Shown in pieces: positions 43,773 to 52,715 of a stretch of DNA of 64,000 bases. The notes beneath the pieces are model-generated. The model was not told the DNA's origin, ran no database searches, and saw only the letters and a program-made list of their open reading frames with translations. This DNA is from Kiritimatiellia bacterium (lineage in GTDB: Bacteria > Verrucomicrobiota > Kiritimatiellia > RFP12 > UBA1067): assembly GCA_017463935.1 (NCBI GenBank), contig JAFUEM010000002.1:531-64530 (forward strand). The letters are read 5' to 3'. Within the stretch, counting starts at the first letter, position 1; the number at the start of each line of letters is the position of its first letter. Both the position numbers and the translations under genes were made by a program.

Positions 43773-44929
43773 TCCAAATTATCCTGCAACCACTTTTTGC
43801 TATAGGCGCAACGAGAATTAATCCACGCGTAGTCAAAAGCAGTCTTCTCGCCTCCTTCGAATGAGTCAAGTGCGGCGGACACAGAATCCTCCACCAATGG
43901 ACCATTCGTATGTTCGGCAAATTCCGATATTCGAGCAAACATTCTTTGCCGAGATGCCGTGCGTGGCCTTATAATTCGTGCATTGCTACCATTGCAGATA
44001 GAGAACATCAGCGCATGGAACGAATCGCCGACAACCCAGCTGGCGGTCTTGAACGCCCTGTAAAATTCTTCTGGACCGGCAGAGTCCATTACCTCGACGT
44101 GTGCCGACAGTCGACGCTTCCATGTCTTAAGTAGGTTCTTGACTCGCACTAGGTTTGAAGGTGCGGCCACAAACCATGTGCTACCCATAAAAACCTTCAC
44201 CTTGCAGTCGTGCGCTTTGGCAAAGGAGTTCAATTCATCAATATGATCCTCAATATTTTCGGAAAGGAAGTAGCAAACAAGCTCCCGTTTTTTCGGTTCC
44301 TTAGACTTTTCTTCCGCCCCCGCTCCCCATGCGAGCAAAGTTGGGTCCACTACATGCGCCGCCTCAAAGCCCATCTTGCGGCAAATATCAACCCCTTCTT
44401 TCTCTCGGCAACTTATGGCGCTGAATCGAGACAGCCCGCGCTTGTAAAGCTCAACGAAATCTTGCGGCAACTCGGTCATTCCAAATGATGCAGCATACGC
44501 AATCGCAGGAATCTTCGGTGCGCCCTCTAGCAAATATGCCCTAGGATCGCCCCAGTCGCCACAATGCCAGACTTGATCGGAACCGACAACAAGCTTATCA
44601 ACACCAAGGTCTTTTGGCGCCCCTTTCCAATCCACAAAATGGCACTTGGTCAAGTGCAATAATGATTTCAGCCACTTTTTAGTTTTTCTAACACGAAGCC
44701 AATCGTTCAAGTCACCCAACCCTAGCACGGCTCTAAACCCAAAGCGTACCCATTGCCGCCACTCCATCCTATCATATATCGTGTCATTAATGTTGCGACC
44801 ATCTTCCAACCATCGGTCAATTACAACAACCTCATGCCCCATTTTCTCCAGCACGGTCTGCAATGCCCAGCACTGCAGCACCCCGCCGTAATTCAATTGC
44901 GAATGGAATGTAAGTATGCCGATTTTCAT
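43769..44929 (-). CDS. Polysaccharide pyruvyl transferase family protein
   Basis: MKIGILTFHSQLNYGGVLQCWALQTVLEKMGHEVVVIDRW.. is the characteristic PS_pyruv_trans N-terminus. Confidence 0.75.
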   Translation of the reverse strand: MKIGILTFHSQLNYGGVLQCWALQTVLEKMGHEVVVIDRWLEDGRNINDTIYDRMEWRQWVRFGFRAVLGLGDLNDWLRVRKTKKWLKSLLHLTKCHFVDWKGAPKDLGVDKLVVGSDQVWHCGDWGDPRAYLLEGAPKIPAIAYAASFGMTELPQDFVELYKRGLSRFSAISCREKEGVDICRKMGFEAAHVVDPTLLAWGAGAEEKSKEPKKRELVCYFLSENIEDHIDELNSFAKAHDCKVKVFMGSTWFVAAPSNLVRVKNLLKTWKRRLSAHVEVMDSAGPEEFYRAFKTASWVVGDSFHALMFSICNGSNARIIRPRTASRQRMFARISEFAEHTNGPLVEDSVSAALDSFEGGEKTAFDYAWINSRCAYSKKWLQDNLE

Positions 44930-44941
44930 GATACCATTAAA

Positions 44942-46474
44942 TTATGCGCCAGCGACAATTAAAGAAATTTTGCGTCTCGCTACATTAAATAACTTTATGC
45001 GCTCTGTCTTGTCAATCCCAATATAGAGTGCCGAAAGTCCGACAGACAATGTTGTCAGCATGCCAGTCCACAGCACTCGCACAAATGAAGGACTGAATAT
45101 TGAATATCCAAAGTAAGGAACCACAAATGAAACAATCGTAACAGCAATACAACGAAGATACACGGTTCCTATATAATCCAGAATAGAGTAATTGTAATAC
45201 ATCTTAAGAATAACAAGTCCTGAAATCTCAGAACAAATCATTACTATGTTTGTTGCATGAAATACCGATTCTGGTTCACAACCCGTCCGCAAAGCAATAT
45301 ATGCAAGCGGAAATGACATGCAAAGTATTGTGCCGCTTATCATGTTAGGTACAAAAAGCTTACCTATGGCGTGAAACACTGCGCTCCTCGGTGTCTTAAG
45401 CGATTGTATGAGACAGGCAACAAGAATAAGCCTGAAAAAACTAAGTGTATGCTCGGGATAACTTCCCAACCATAATTTCAGCACATAGTCGGCCTCCAAC
45501 AAAAATGGCAACGCCAATATCCATATGAGATAATACGAATAGCAACCACTTCTTTTAACAAGACGCCACATTCCCTCAGTGTCACCGGCCGCATATGACT
45601 TTATAATCTGAGGACGAACCGCTGTCATGAAGTTGCCCGAGAACTGCGTGGTCTGCCCTTGAACCGCATACGCGATACCTCTTGCCGCATTGATCACTGG
45701 GCCAAAGAATGTATTAAGTAGCATGTTCACACCCTGTCCTTGCAACAAAACAGATGTGCAACCAATCAAATCACTTCCTGCAAAGCGGAACATCTCGCCG
45801 TACATTTTCCAATCAACACATAGTCTCAACCTTGTCTCGTCATACTTACGCTTACAGTAAACACGATAGAATATCATAGTGGCAACGCTCCATGAAGTAC
45901 CAAGCACAGCAAGCGTTATAAGTTTGTCGAAAGGCGAAACCAGTAAAAGATAGATAGTCAGCAACCGTACAACGGCATCCGCAACACTGACATAGGCAAA
46001 TATCGTCATATTCTCATGAGCAATTATCACGGCACCATACGGCACTTGTGTAAGACTCAATGGGACAGTCAAAATTGAAAGCTGCAACACCCAAAATGCG
46101 GCCGATACTCTTTCCGCAGGTATTATCATCTTGTTGTAGAAAAACCACAGACCAATCGTCTCCGACAAAATAACAATCAAAACGCCAAGGGCTAAATGTA
46201 TTACGAGAGATGCATTAAACACATGATTAAGTCTATCCTTATCTCCTCTGCCGAGTTCAAATGTTATGAATCTTGAGGCTGCGCCACTTAAAGAGCCGTT
46301 CAGAAACGAAAACATAGCCACAATACCGCCAAGAACGGCATTTATGCCGTAATCGACGCTACCGAGAACTCGCAAAGTAACACCCGCCGTGGCTAGGGAT
46401 ATACCCATGACCACGAACATCCTGAAATAAAGCATCAGGGTGTTCTTTGCAATCCTTCTATTATCTACGCCCAT
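44942..46474 (-). CDS. wzx: Oligosaccharide flippase (MOP/Wzx family)
   Basis: The protein is 510 aa and polytopic. MGVDNRRIAKNTLMLYFRMFVVMGISLATAGVTLRVLG.. is typical of the polysaccharide biosynthesis protein (Wzx) family. Confidence 0.75.
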   Translation of the reverse strand: MGVDNRRIAKNTLMLYFRMFVVMGISLATAGVTLRVLGSVDYGINAVLGGIVAMFSFLNGSLSGAASRFITFELGRGDKDRLNHVFNASLVIHLALGVLIVILSETIGLWFFYNKMIIPAERVSAAFWVLQLSILTVPLSLTQVPYGAVIIAHENMTIFAYVSVADAVVRLLTIYLLLVSPFDKLITLAVLGTSWSVATMIFYRVYCKRKYDETRLRLCVDWKMYGEMFRFAGSDLIGCTSVLLQGQGVNMLLNTFFGPVINAARGIAYAVQGQTTQFSGNFMTAVRPQIIKSYAAGDTEGMWRLVKRSGCYSYYLIWILALPFLLEADYVLKLWLGSYPEHTLSFFRLILVACLIQSLKTPRSAVFHAIGKLFVPNMISGTILCMSFPLAYIALRTGCEPESVFHATNIVMICSEISGLVILKMYYNYSILDYIGTVYLRCIAVTIVSFVVPYFGYSIFSPSFVRVLWTGMLTTLSVGLSALYIGIDKTERIKLFNVARRKISLIVAGA

Positions 46475-46477
46475 GTC

Positions 46478-47395
46478 TCAGAAGCCAATATCCTTTAGCA
46501 CCCGTCTAGTAAACAGTAGCCCCCCTCGCTTATTAAGGAATAAGCTATTAACGAAAAGCGCAGCGTCATTAAAATCCGGACAATCAAGGTAATCAAGAAG
46601 CATATCATCCAACACTCCACATTCGCGGGCAAAGGAATAAATATAATTTTCTCGGAAAGTTGATGATAGCCGCTTAGAAAGCGCTGATGTAACAGGCGGA
46701 AGCACCACGAAAACACGGAACTCCCTATCTATGCAGAATCTTATTAGCTCGATTAGTGTTTCGACACGCTTCTTACGGCCTGCCCTTATATGCACAGGAA
46801 GTGGAGCCTCCACATCATCTATCTTGAATTGCCTCTTCCATCCGTCGATGAAACCCTGCGCATCACTTTCCAGAGCCTCCCTACAGAACTGTTGCACATC
46901 AAGATCAAGGCCGTCCTCAATGCCTTGCAGTCGCTGTTTAATCGACTGTACGCATCCATGCGACATCGGTCGCAGCGCCACTCGAAATGGATGGTCTTTC
47001 CACCTGTACGCCAACTTCTGCTGTTCAATGGAAAAATCCTCCATCACACCTGGGTGGACAATTGTGTAATATTTCAGCCATTCTGTGCCCGTATAGTTCT
47101 TGAGACAAGAACTATACGGGCACAGAGGAACCAAAATGGTCCCTCTGGGCCGTATATAACTTGAGTAAGTCTTTAGAATCATTAGATCTTGATTCAAAGA
47201 CTGAGGTCCAAGAGCCCAATTCGCCGCCTTAACCGGCAATCCGTCATAACGAAAACCATACAGTCCTGTATTGCTGCCAAGGTTGACAACATCAAGATTA
47301 CTCGCAACTCCTTCCCAAAATTTGTAGCTATAGCCAAAAATCGACTTATAGCACGGATTGCTGTAATATAGCAGATTATAGAACCAATTAATCAT
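46478..47395 (-). CDS. Hypothetical protein, paralogue of 47388..48356
   Basis: It shares ..VNLGSNTGLYGFRYDG..QSLNQDLMILKTYSSYIRPRGTILVPLCPY.. with ..VNLGSAPSHYAFTYEA..QSLGTDLEILRNYHSFIKKGGFVILGLSPY.. The NLGS motif is reminiscent of DltD/SGNH-type proteins but is not diagnostic. Confidence 0.55.
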   Translation of the reverse strand: MINWFYNLLYYSNPCYKSIFGYSYKFWEGVASNLDVVNLGSNTGLYGFRYDGLPVKAANWALGPQSLNQDLMILKTYSSYIRPRGTILVPLCPYSSCLKNYTGTEWLKYYTIVHPGVMEDFSIEQQKLAYRWKDHPFRVALRPMSHGCVQSIKQRLQGIEDGLDLDVQQFCREALESDAQGFIDGWKRQFKIDDVEAPLPVHIRAGRKKRVETLIELIRFCIDREFRVFVVLPPVTSALSKRLSSTFRENYIYSFARECGVLDDMLLDYLDCPDFNDAALFVNSLFLNKRGGLLFTRRVLKDIGF

Positions 47396-48356
47396 TCACA
47401 CTCTTAACTGAAAGACTAGACAACACATGTGCAGTAAAGTCTTTTGCCGTAGTTTTCGTCATTATTAACGGTCTTATAAAGTCTGATGCAGCCCATGCTT
47501 TATATCCCTGGGAAAGAATAACTTTACAGCACTTGCCATATGTCCCCAGCACCCAGTTGGAAAAAGCCTCAGTTTTTGCATTTACCAAGGAATTCTCTAC
47601 CGGCAAGACAACTATAACTGGCGTGTACTCACGATCCTTGCAAAATTGGATATATGAGAATACAATCTCGGCATCATGAGTTCCCAATGATTCACGCGCA
47701 GACATACAACACTTAGGCCAATTGCTTCGACCAATTGACTCGACTGGCAAATCCTTGTTAATATCTGCGAACAAAGAGTAAATTACCTCGAAAGGCTTAT
47801 ATCGAATTGGATATCGCATAAACCTCATCGGAACAATGTGACTCTTTGATGGCAGGAGATATGAATAATTGGCATAGTAGCCGCGATATTCATCTGGGCG
47901 CCCAGGAACCTTCCTAATAAAGCGCGACCAATACGCAACATCCTCCTTGAAGTCTATTTGATATGGCGAAAGGCCAAGAATTACAAACCCACCCTTTTTA
48001 ATAAAGCTATGATAATTGCGTAATATCTCTAAATCTGTTCCAAGGGATTGACAACCGCTAGAAAGATTAAGCCCTTGAAAAGCTTCATATGTGAATGCAT
48101 AGTGAGAAGGCGCAGACCCTAGATTAACCACTCCGAAATTTCGGCGCTCATCACTTCTAAAGAATGGCGACGCCAAGAAATCGTTCACCGCGAGATATCT
48201 ATTATTCCAATAGTTTGTGGAGAACACCTTCCTGTTGCAGCAGTAGAAAAACAATAGCACCAAAACAACAGCTACTAGTGCTAGAAATCCAAGGCACAAG
48301 CCTATGGTTGACAGCAAGCCAATTGCTGCAATAAATAAGCAGATCTTTCGTCTCAT
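47388..48356 (-). CDS. Hypothetical membrane-anchored protein, paralogue of 46478..47395
   Basis: ATG 48356 lies 2 nt after the AKR stop; the track start 48374 is TTG. The N-terminal TM segment is ICLFIAAIGLLSTIGLCLGFLALVAVVLVLLFF. Confidence 0.55.
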   Translation of the reverse strand: MRRKICLFIAAIGLLSTIGLCLGFLALVAVVLVLLFFYCCNRKVFSTNYWNNRYLAVNDFLASPFFRSDERRNFGVVNLGSAPSHYAFTYEAFQGLNLSSGCQSLGTDLEILRNYHSFIKKGGFVILGLSPYQIDFKEDVAYWSRFIRKVPGRPDEYRGYYANYSYLLPSKSHIVPMRFMRYPIRYKPFEVIYSLFADINKDLPVESIGRSNWPKCCMSARESLGTHDAEIVFSYIQFCKDREYTPVIVVLPVENSLVNAKTEAFSNWVLGTYGKCCKVILSQGYKAWAASDFIRPLIMTKTTAKDFTAHVLSSLSVKSVND

Positions 48357-48358
48357 TT

Positions 48359-49195
48359 TCAATATCCCGGACAATGAAGCGACTCAGGGATGAACTTATA
48401 ATCCTCGTCCAATGTCGCAATCCTATTCATGTCGTCCTCGTCTAGAACAAAATCAAAGATTTTAGCGTTTTCCGCAAAACGAGTTGCCTTTTCAGATCTG
48501 AAAACAGGCAACACTCCCCGCTGCACATGCCACCGCAGCACAATCTGTCCAACAGATTTACCATATTTACATCCAAGTTCTACAAGCAGAGGACTGTGCT
48601 TCAGGCGATCAATCATAAAGCAAAGCGGCGAGTATGCTGCAACTTGAATTTTATGCATTTTGCAAAAGGAAAGCAATTCTGGAACTTGTCGAAACGGGTG
48701 AAGCTCTATCTGGATCACTTGCGGGAGAAGCCCTGTCGTATCATATAATTCCTGCAAATGGCGAATACGAGGATTGGCAAGGCCTATTGATTTTACTCGC
48801 CCGCTCGCCAGTAAATCAGCCATTTGCCTAAAGTTATCTATAAAATAGTCGGGATATGGCCAGTGTTGCAGCCATAAATCAACATAATCCATCTGCAGTT
48901 GTTGGAGAGAGCGATCAAGCTCCTTGCGCATATCACGCCCAATTTGCTTGGAATTATCTACCTTGGTAGTAATAAACACTTCGCTACGGGTTAGCCCACT
49001 TGCCTCCATCGCACCCCTGAGCGCCGCCCCAACAAGGCCCTCATTCCCGTATGCTTGGGCAGAATCAAAGAACCGAAATCCAGCGTTTATGGCTGCGGGA
49101 ATAACCGCATCAAGCAATTGGCGATCCATCCTATTCGTACCTACGCAAAGCGACGGCAAGACAGCACCATTACTTAACCTATAAGTTGAAATCAT
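48359..49195 (-). CDS. Aldo/keto reductase
   Basis: ..FRFFDSAQAYGNE.., ..LQMDYVDLWLQHWP.., ..VAAYSPL.. are AKR family motifs. Confidence 0.85.
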   Translation of the reverse strand: MISTYRLSNGAVLPSLCVGTNRMDRQLLDAVIPAAINAGFRFFDSAQAYGNEGLVGAALRGAMEASGLTRSEVFITTKVDNSKQIGRDMRKELDRSLQQLQMDYVDLWLQHWPYPDYFIDNFRQMADLLASGRVKSIGLANPRIRHLQELYDTTGLLPQVIQIELHPFRQVPELLSFCKMHKIQVAAYSPLCFMIDRLKHSPLLVELGCKYGKSVGQIVLRWHVQRGVLPVFRSEKATRFAENAKIFDFVLDEDDMNRIATLDEDYKFIPESLHCPGY

Positions 49196-49199
49196 CTAT

Positions 49200-49421
49200 T
49201 CACCCAAACACTACTTTGTACACATCACCTATGGTCTCTGACGCCTTGAAATCTGGTATCGACAACTCCTTGCCATACTTGGACTTGAGTCGCATCATTA
49301 TGTCAAGGCCTGTAAGAGAGCTCCATTCATCAAGATAACGAAACTCAGTATCCGCATCAATGGATGATGCGTCAATATCCAGCACTGATGCGAAGAAGTC
49401 AACAAATTCCTGCTCTGTCAT
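49200..49421 (-). CDS. Acyl carrier protein (phosphopantetheine-binding)
   Basis: ATG 49421 follows AAAGGAAA; the track start 49454 overlaps the upstream gene. MTEQEFVDFFASVLDID..LDEWSSLTGLDIMMRLK.. is an ACP-like D/E-x-S-L helix II. Confidence 0.7.
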   Translation of the reverse strand: MTEQEFVDFFASVLDIDASSIDADTEFRYLDEWSSLTGLDIMMRLKSKYGKELSIPDFKASETIGDVYKVVFG

Positions 49422-49437
49422 TTCATTATTTCCTTTG

Positions 49438-51249
49438 TTAATGTTTCCATGCAATATCTGTTCCTATTATCTGCGCCGGGTGACCTGTGACCAATACCCT
49501 AGCCGGCAACGGAGTGATGACAACTGAATTTGAGCCAACTACTGTTCCGTCGCCAATCTTTACGCCCGTCATGATTTTACATTCAGAGCAAAGCCATACA
49601 AAATCACCAATAATCACTGGGTTGGTATTCTTGAAGCCTTGCATCGCAATAACATGACCGCCATTAGTGTCACGAATAGAAACCTCTCGGCCCCAGAATG
49701 TGTGGGATCCGATGGAAATCTTTTCGCCACAGATAACCGTAAGGGCTACATTGCCGCCGCAGTCCGACCCGAAAGTTAGGTGCGCATTGCGGAACACCTC
49801 GACATCGGAACCGTAGCCAAAGCGAGCCGGGCCAAGAAATTCAAGTCTCCCTTTCGGATCCACAAGGAGCCGTGTCTCCAGCTTACTACCCTTTATTCGC
49901 TTTACGCCAAAGCGAACAGGGCCTTTAATGATGACACTTGCCGTCTTGTCGATATCAAAGACACAATTAGCCGTAGGGTAAATCAATGCGTTGCTTCGCC
50001 AGTCCGTATGTATTGCCGGATGGAGAAAATTAAGTTTGACAAACTGCAAGATGGCTTTAGGATTGAAACTGGTCTCCTTAATCAACTGCCTAACTATCTG
50101 ATAAACCGTGCCAAGGACCGGATGCCTACGCCTTGGTGCAACGATAGGAAAGTATTTGTTGCTTAATTCGTCAAACCGCAAAGCATCCATGTCTTTGAAG
50201 AACTGGACGCGATCATAATTTGGCATTGCAGCAACCGTTGTAAGAGGTCTGTTCCCTTTTGCGATGTCTGCAATCGAGACTTCCTTCTTTATTATTCGCT
50301 TCGATGTAGACAAAAACAATGACTTGCCTTTTTCAGAGTGCACGATAACAGCTGAGGTACCGACATTATCGTCTAACTCCTTCGCATACTTCTCGGCGCC
50401 CCAAAAGTCGGCAAGAGTTATATCAGAGTCGCGGGCAATCCCCTTAAACTTGCAACTGTAACAACTTGGACGGTCAATCATTCCGCTATGGTATGCCCTG
50501 GAATAGCAATCTTTTCCACGAACGCCGTAATGGGATCTTCCGTTCGCAAATATTGTCTTCTTGGTCAATGAACGCCATCCAAGCTCCTTATTCTTTGCCT
50601 TGAAGTAAACCGCTTTTGATCCAAAGACCTCCTCCAGATAGTCAAAATACTTTCTATGCGCTTTGGGGGAAGCTACGCTGTGGCAAATGAAATCAACTGT
50701 TGTAAGATTCGAATAGTCCTTGCCTAGATAAAGTTTCAAAGCCGATATCTGGCACGGTGTTCCACAAACAAGAACAGGGCGACCGGTCTCGCAACAATCC
50801 TTAACCTTGCGATAGAAACCTTGCGCATCACTCTGAAGATATTTGCTGCTGCGAATGCGCGCCAAATCGGCCTTTTCGTCTGAAATAAAATGGCGAGCCG
50901 AAAAATCTTCATTGTAGATTGCGCCTCCGACAAAACCCTTCTTCCGGTATATTTCTTCGGCAAGCGCTGAGAACATGCCGCCAGAAGTCGAATCAAAACG
51001 AATCTCGAGATTCTTGTGATTTACGGCGAAGCAGCTGACAGCTTCAGAGGGATCGACTTGCTTCCGGTTTGATACTGCCTGTACAGGACAGACTTTATCG
51101 CACATTCCGCAACCAGAACAAATCGTCTTATCCACAGTCGGATACAAGAACCCCTCTTCATCCGCTTCAAAGCGAATTGCATTTGCTGGGCACGCATCTC
51201 CGCATGCGTTGCATCCACAACAGAGCGACTTGTCTTTTATTTCAATCAT
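49438..51249 (-). CDS. Fusion: 2x[4Fe-4S] ferredoxin plus F420 hydrogenase/dehydrogenase beta (FrhB)-like domain plus C-terminal hexapeptide acyltransferase
   Basis: CCGCNACGDACP and CSGCGMCDKVCP clusters, an FrhB-like middle region, and a C-terminal ..VIIGDFVWLCSECKIMTGVKIGDGTVVGSNSVVI.. LbH repeat. Confidence 0.7.
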   Translation of the reverse strand: MIEIKDKSLCCGCNACGDACPANAIRFEADEEGFLYPTVDKTICSGCGMCDKVCPVQAVSNRKQVDPSEAVSCFAVNHKNLEIRFDSTSGGMFSALAEEIYRKKGFVGGAIYNEDFSARHFISDEKADLARIRSSKYLQSDAQGFYRKVKDCCETGRPVLVCGTPCQISALKLYLGKDYSNLTTVDFICHSVASPKAHRKYFDYLEEVFGSKAVYFKAKNKELGWRSLTKKTIFANGRSHYGVRGKDCYSRAYHSGMIDRPSCYSCKFKGIARDSDITLADFWGAEKYAKELDDNVGTSAVIVHSEKGKSLFLSTSKRIIKKEVSIADIAKGNRPLTTVAAMPNYDRVQFFKDMDALRFDELSNKYFPIVAPRRRHPVLGTVYQIVRQLIKETSFNPKAILQFVKLNFLHPAIHTDWRSNALIYPTANCVFDIDKTASVIIKGPVRFGVKRIKGSKLETRLLVDPKGRLEFLGPARFGYGSDVEVFRNAHLTFGSDCGGNVALTVICGEKISIGSHTFWGREVSIRDTNGGHVIAMQGFKNTNPVIIGDFVWLCSECKIMTGVKIGDGTVVGSNSVVITPLPARVLVTGHPAQIIGTDIAWKH

Positions 51250-51579
51250 ACGCGAAACCGATTTCTCTGTTCGTATTATTTATTGAGCCTTAAAAAGCGC
51301 AATCACAATCTGCGCATTCTTCTCGTCAGTGTAATAATGTTTTTGATCGCTCATAAATTCACTCAAAATTCTTATTCAAGTTCCACAGTTACGATACATA
51401 TGAATTATATATGTTCCTCTGAGCCCCTAAAATGCACATTAAGTTCATGCAACGGCGCAAGAAGCGTTCCCATTGAAGCCCATTGCGTCATCTTGGCGAA
51501 CGCATTAACATCCTTGGGGAAGCACTTCCCGCCGTCGCCAAGTTTGCCATTCAGTCCAGTAACATGTGTATGCGTGTCA

Positions 51580-52290
51580 TTAATATAGCCCGAAAGAAAA
51601 AAGAATTGTTTGCCAAAAACTCTTTGCCGCAGCCTTTAGAAGCTTCCACTTCTTGATTGAAACCTCGCCCGTGGTACGATCATGTTGAGGGACCCGAGTC
51701 TCAAAGCAGCGCAACTTATGACGCGCAGCAAGACCACTCAGAATAACATTCGGCGCGAATGTCGTCATTGGGATTGCCTCATAGAAGGAACTGAAAGCAG
51801 TAACTCGCATAAGACGATAGGGCGTATTAACATCCCAAACACTCTTGCCGTAGAACATTCGAACACAAAGACGTGACACAAAGCTAATGATCTTACGCGG
51901 TAACGCCTGAACACGCCCATCACGAATGCCGACAAGGAAATCATAGTCATTTCGCCGCGACCAAAGCGCATTGAACTTCTCCGGCCCCATCTCATCATCT
52001 GAGTCTATCTGGAACACCCAATCAAAACCATCTTTTGCCGCTTCTCGGTAACCGGTTAGGATAGTATTCCCATGCCCACCATTAGGCTTATCTTTAACTT
52101 TAACACCCCCTAGCTTTTCTGCGACATTTCTCATTACAGAGAGGGAGTTGTCTTTCGAACCATCGTTGTATGGGCGAATTTCGTAGTCAATGCAAAGACC
52201 CTTAAGTGCAGCATCCCACTTCTCCAGCACGGGACCTATTGCATCCTGCTCATTATAAACCGGCATTACGACACAAAGTCTATCAGACAT
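51580..52290 (-). CDS. GT2 polyprenyl-phosphate glycosyltransferase (GtrB/DPM1-like)
   Basis: MSDRLCVVMPVYNEQDAIGPVLEKW..YNDGSKDNS..QIDSDDE.. It lies adjacent to the GtrA-like gene. Confidence 0.8.
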   Translation of the reverse strand: MSDRLCVVMPVYNEQDAIGPVLEKWDAALKGLCIDYEIRPYNDGSKDNSLSVMRNVAEKLGGVKVKDKPNGGHGNTILTGYREAAKDGFDWVFQIDSDDEMGPEKFNALWSRRNDYDFLVGIRDGRVQALPRKIISFVSRLCVRMFYGKSVWDVNTPYRLMRVTAFSSFYEAIPMTTFAPNVILSGLAARHKLRCFETRVPQHDRTTGEVSIKKWKLLKAAAKSFWQTILFSFGLY

Positions 52291-52299
52291 AGTAGCTCC

Positions 52300-52692
52300 T
52301 TACTTTCTAAATGTAATGAACTTGTTTAGGCAGAACTGTACGACGGTAACAAAGAATATCGTACCCAGCTTGGCGACTAGCGTATTCAACCCCATTACCG
52401 CTATTAAAAGCCAGAGACTTCCAGCACTCAACGCCCAGCCGAACATACCGACCGAATAGAAACTGGCAAGACGCCGCAATATCCTGTCTTTCGTCTTGAA
52501 ATTGAAATAGCAGTTCCAAAAGAAATTGTTGATTATTCCAAAACTGACGCTGAGAAAATTTGCGATCTGATAATGCATGCCCATTGCGTTCGTCAAGATT
52601 GCATAGACGAGAAAATCAAACGTCGCTCCTGTGCAACCTATAATGCAGTACACAATCAGTTGCCGGTATTTTTCAAACATTAATTTTATCAT
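52300..52692 (-). CDS. gtrA: GtrA-family membrane protein
   Basis: Internal ATG 52692 (or 52680). ..YRQLIVYCIIGCTGATFDFLVYAIL..ANFLSVSFGIINNFFWNCYFNFK.. has four TM helices. Confidence 0.8.
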   Translation of the reverse strand: MIKLMFEKYRQLIVYCIIGCTGATFDFLVYAILTNAMGMHYQIANFLSVSFGIINNFFWNCYFNFKTKDRILRRLASFYSVGMFGWALSAGSLWLLIAVMGLNTLVAKLGTIFFVTVVQFCLNKFITFRK

Positions 52693-52715
52693 AAAGCCTC
52701 GACAACTATTAAGCA

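Noticed and set aside
51250-51579. Short minus-strand frames in the 330-bp gap (THTHVTGLNGKLGDGGKCFPKDVNAFAK.. and MSDQKHYYTDEKNAQIVIALFKAQ*) as further gene remnants.
   Set aside because: They are too short and too weakly family-like to call by eye. They would need a blastx search.
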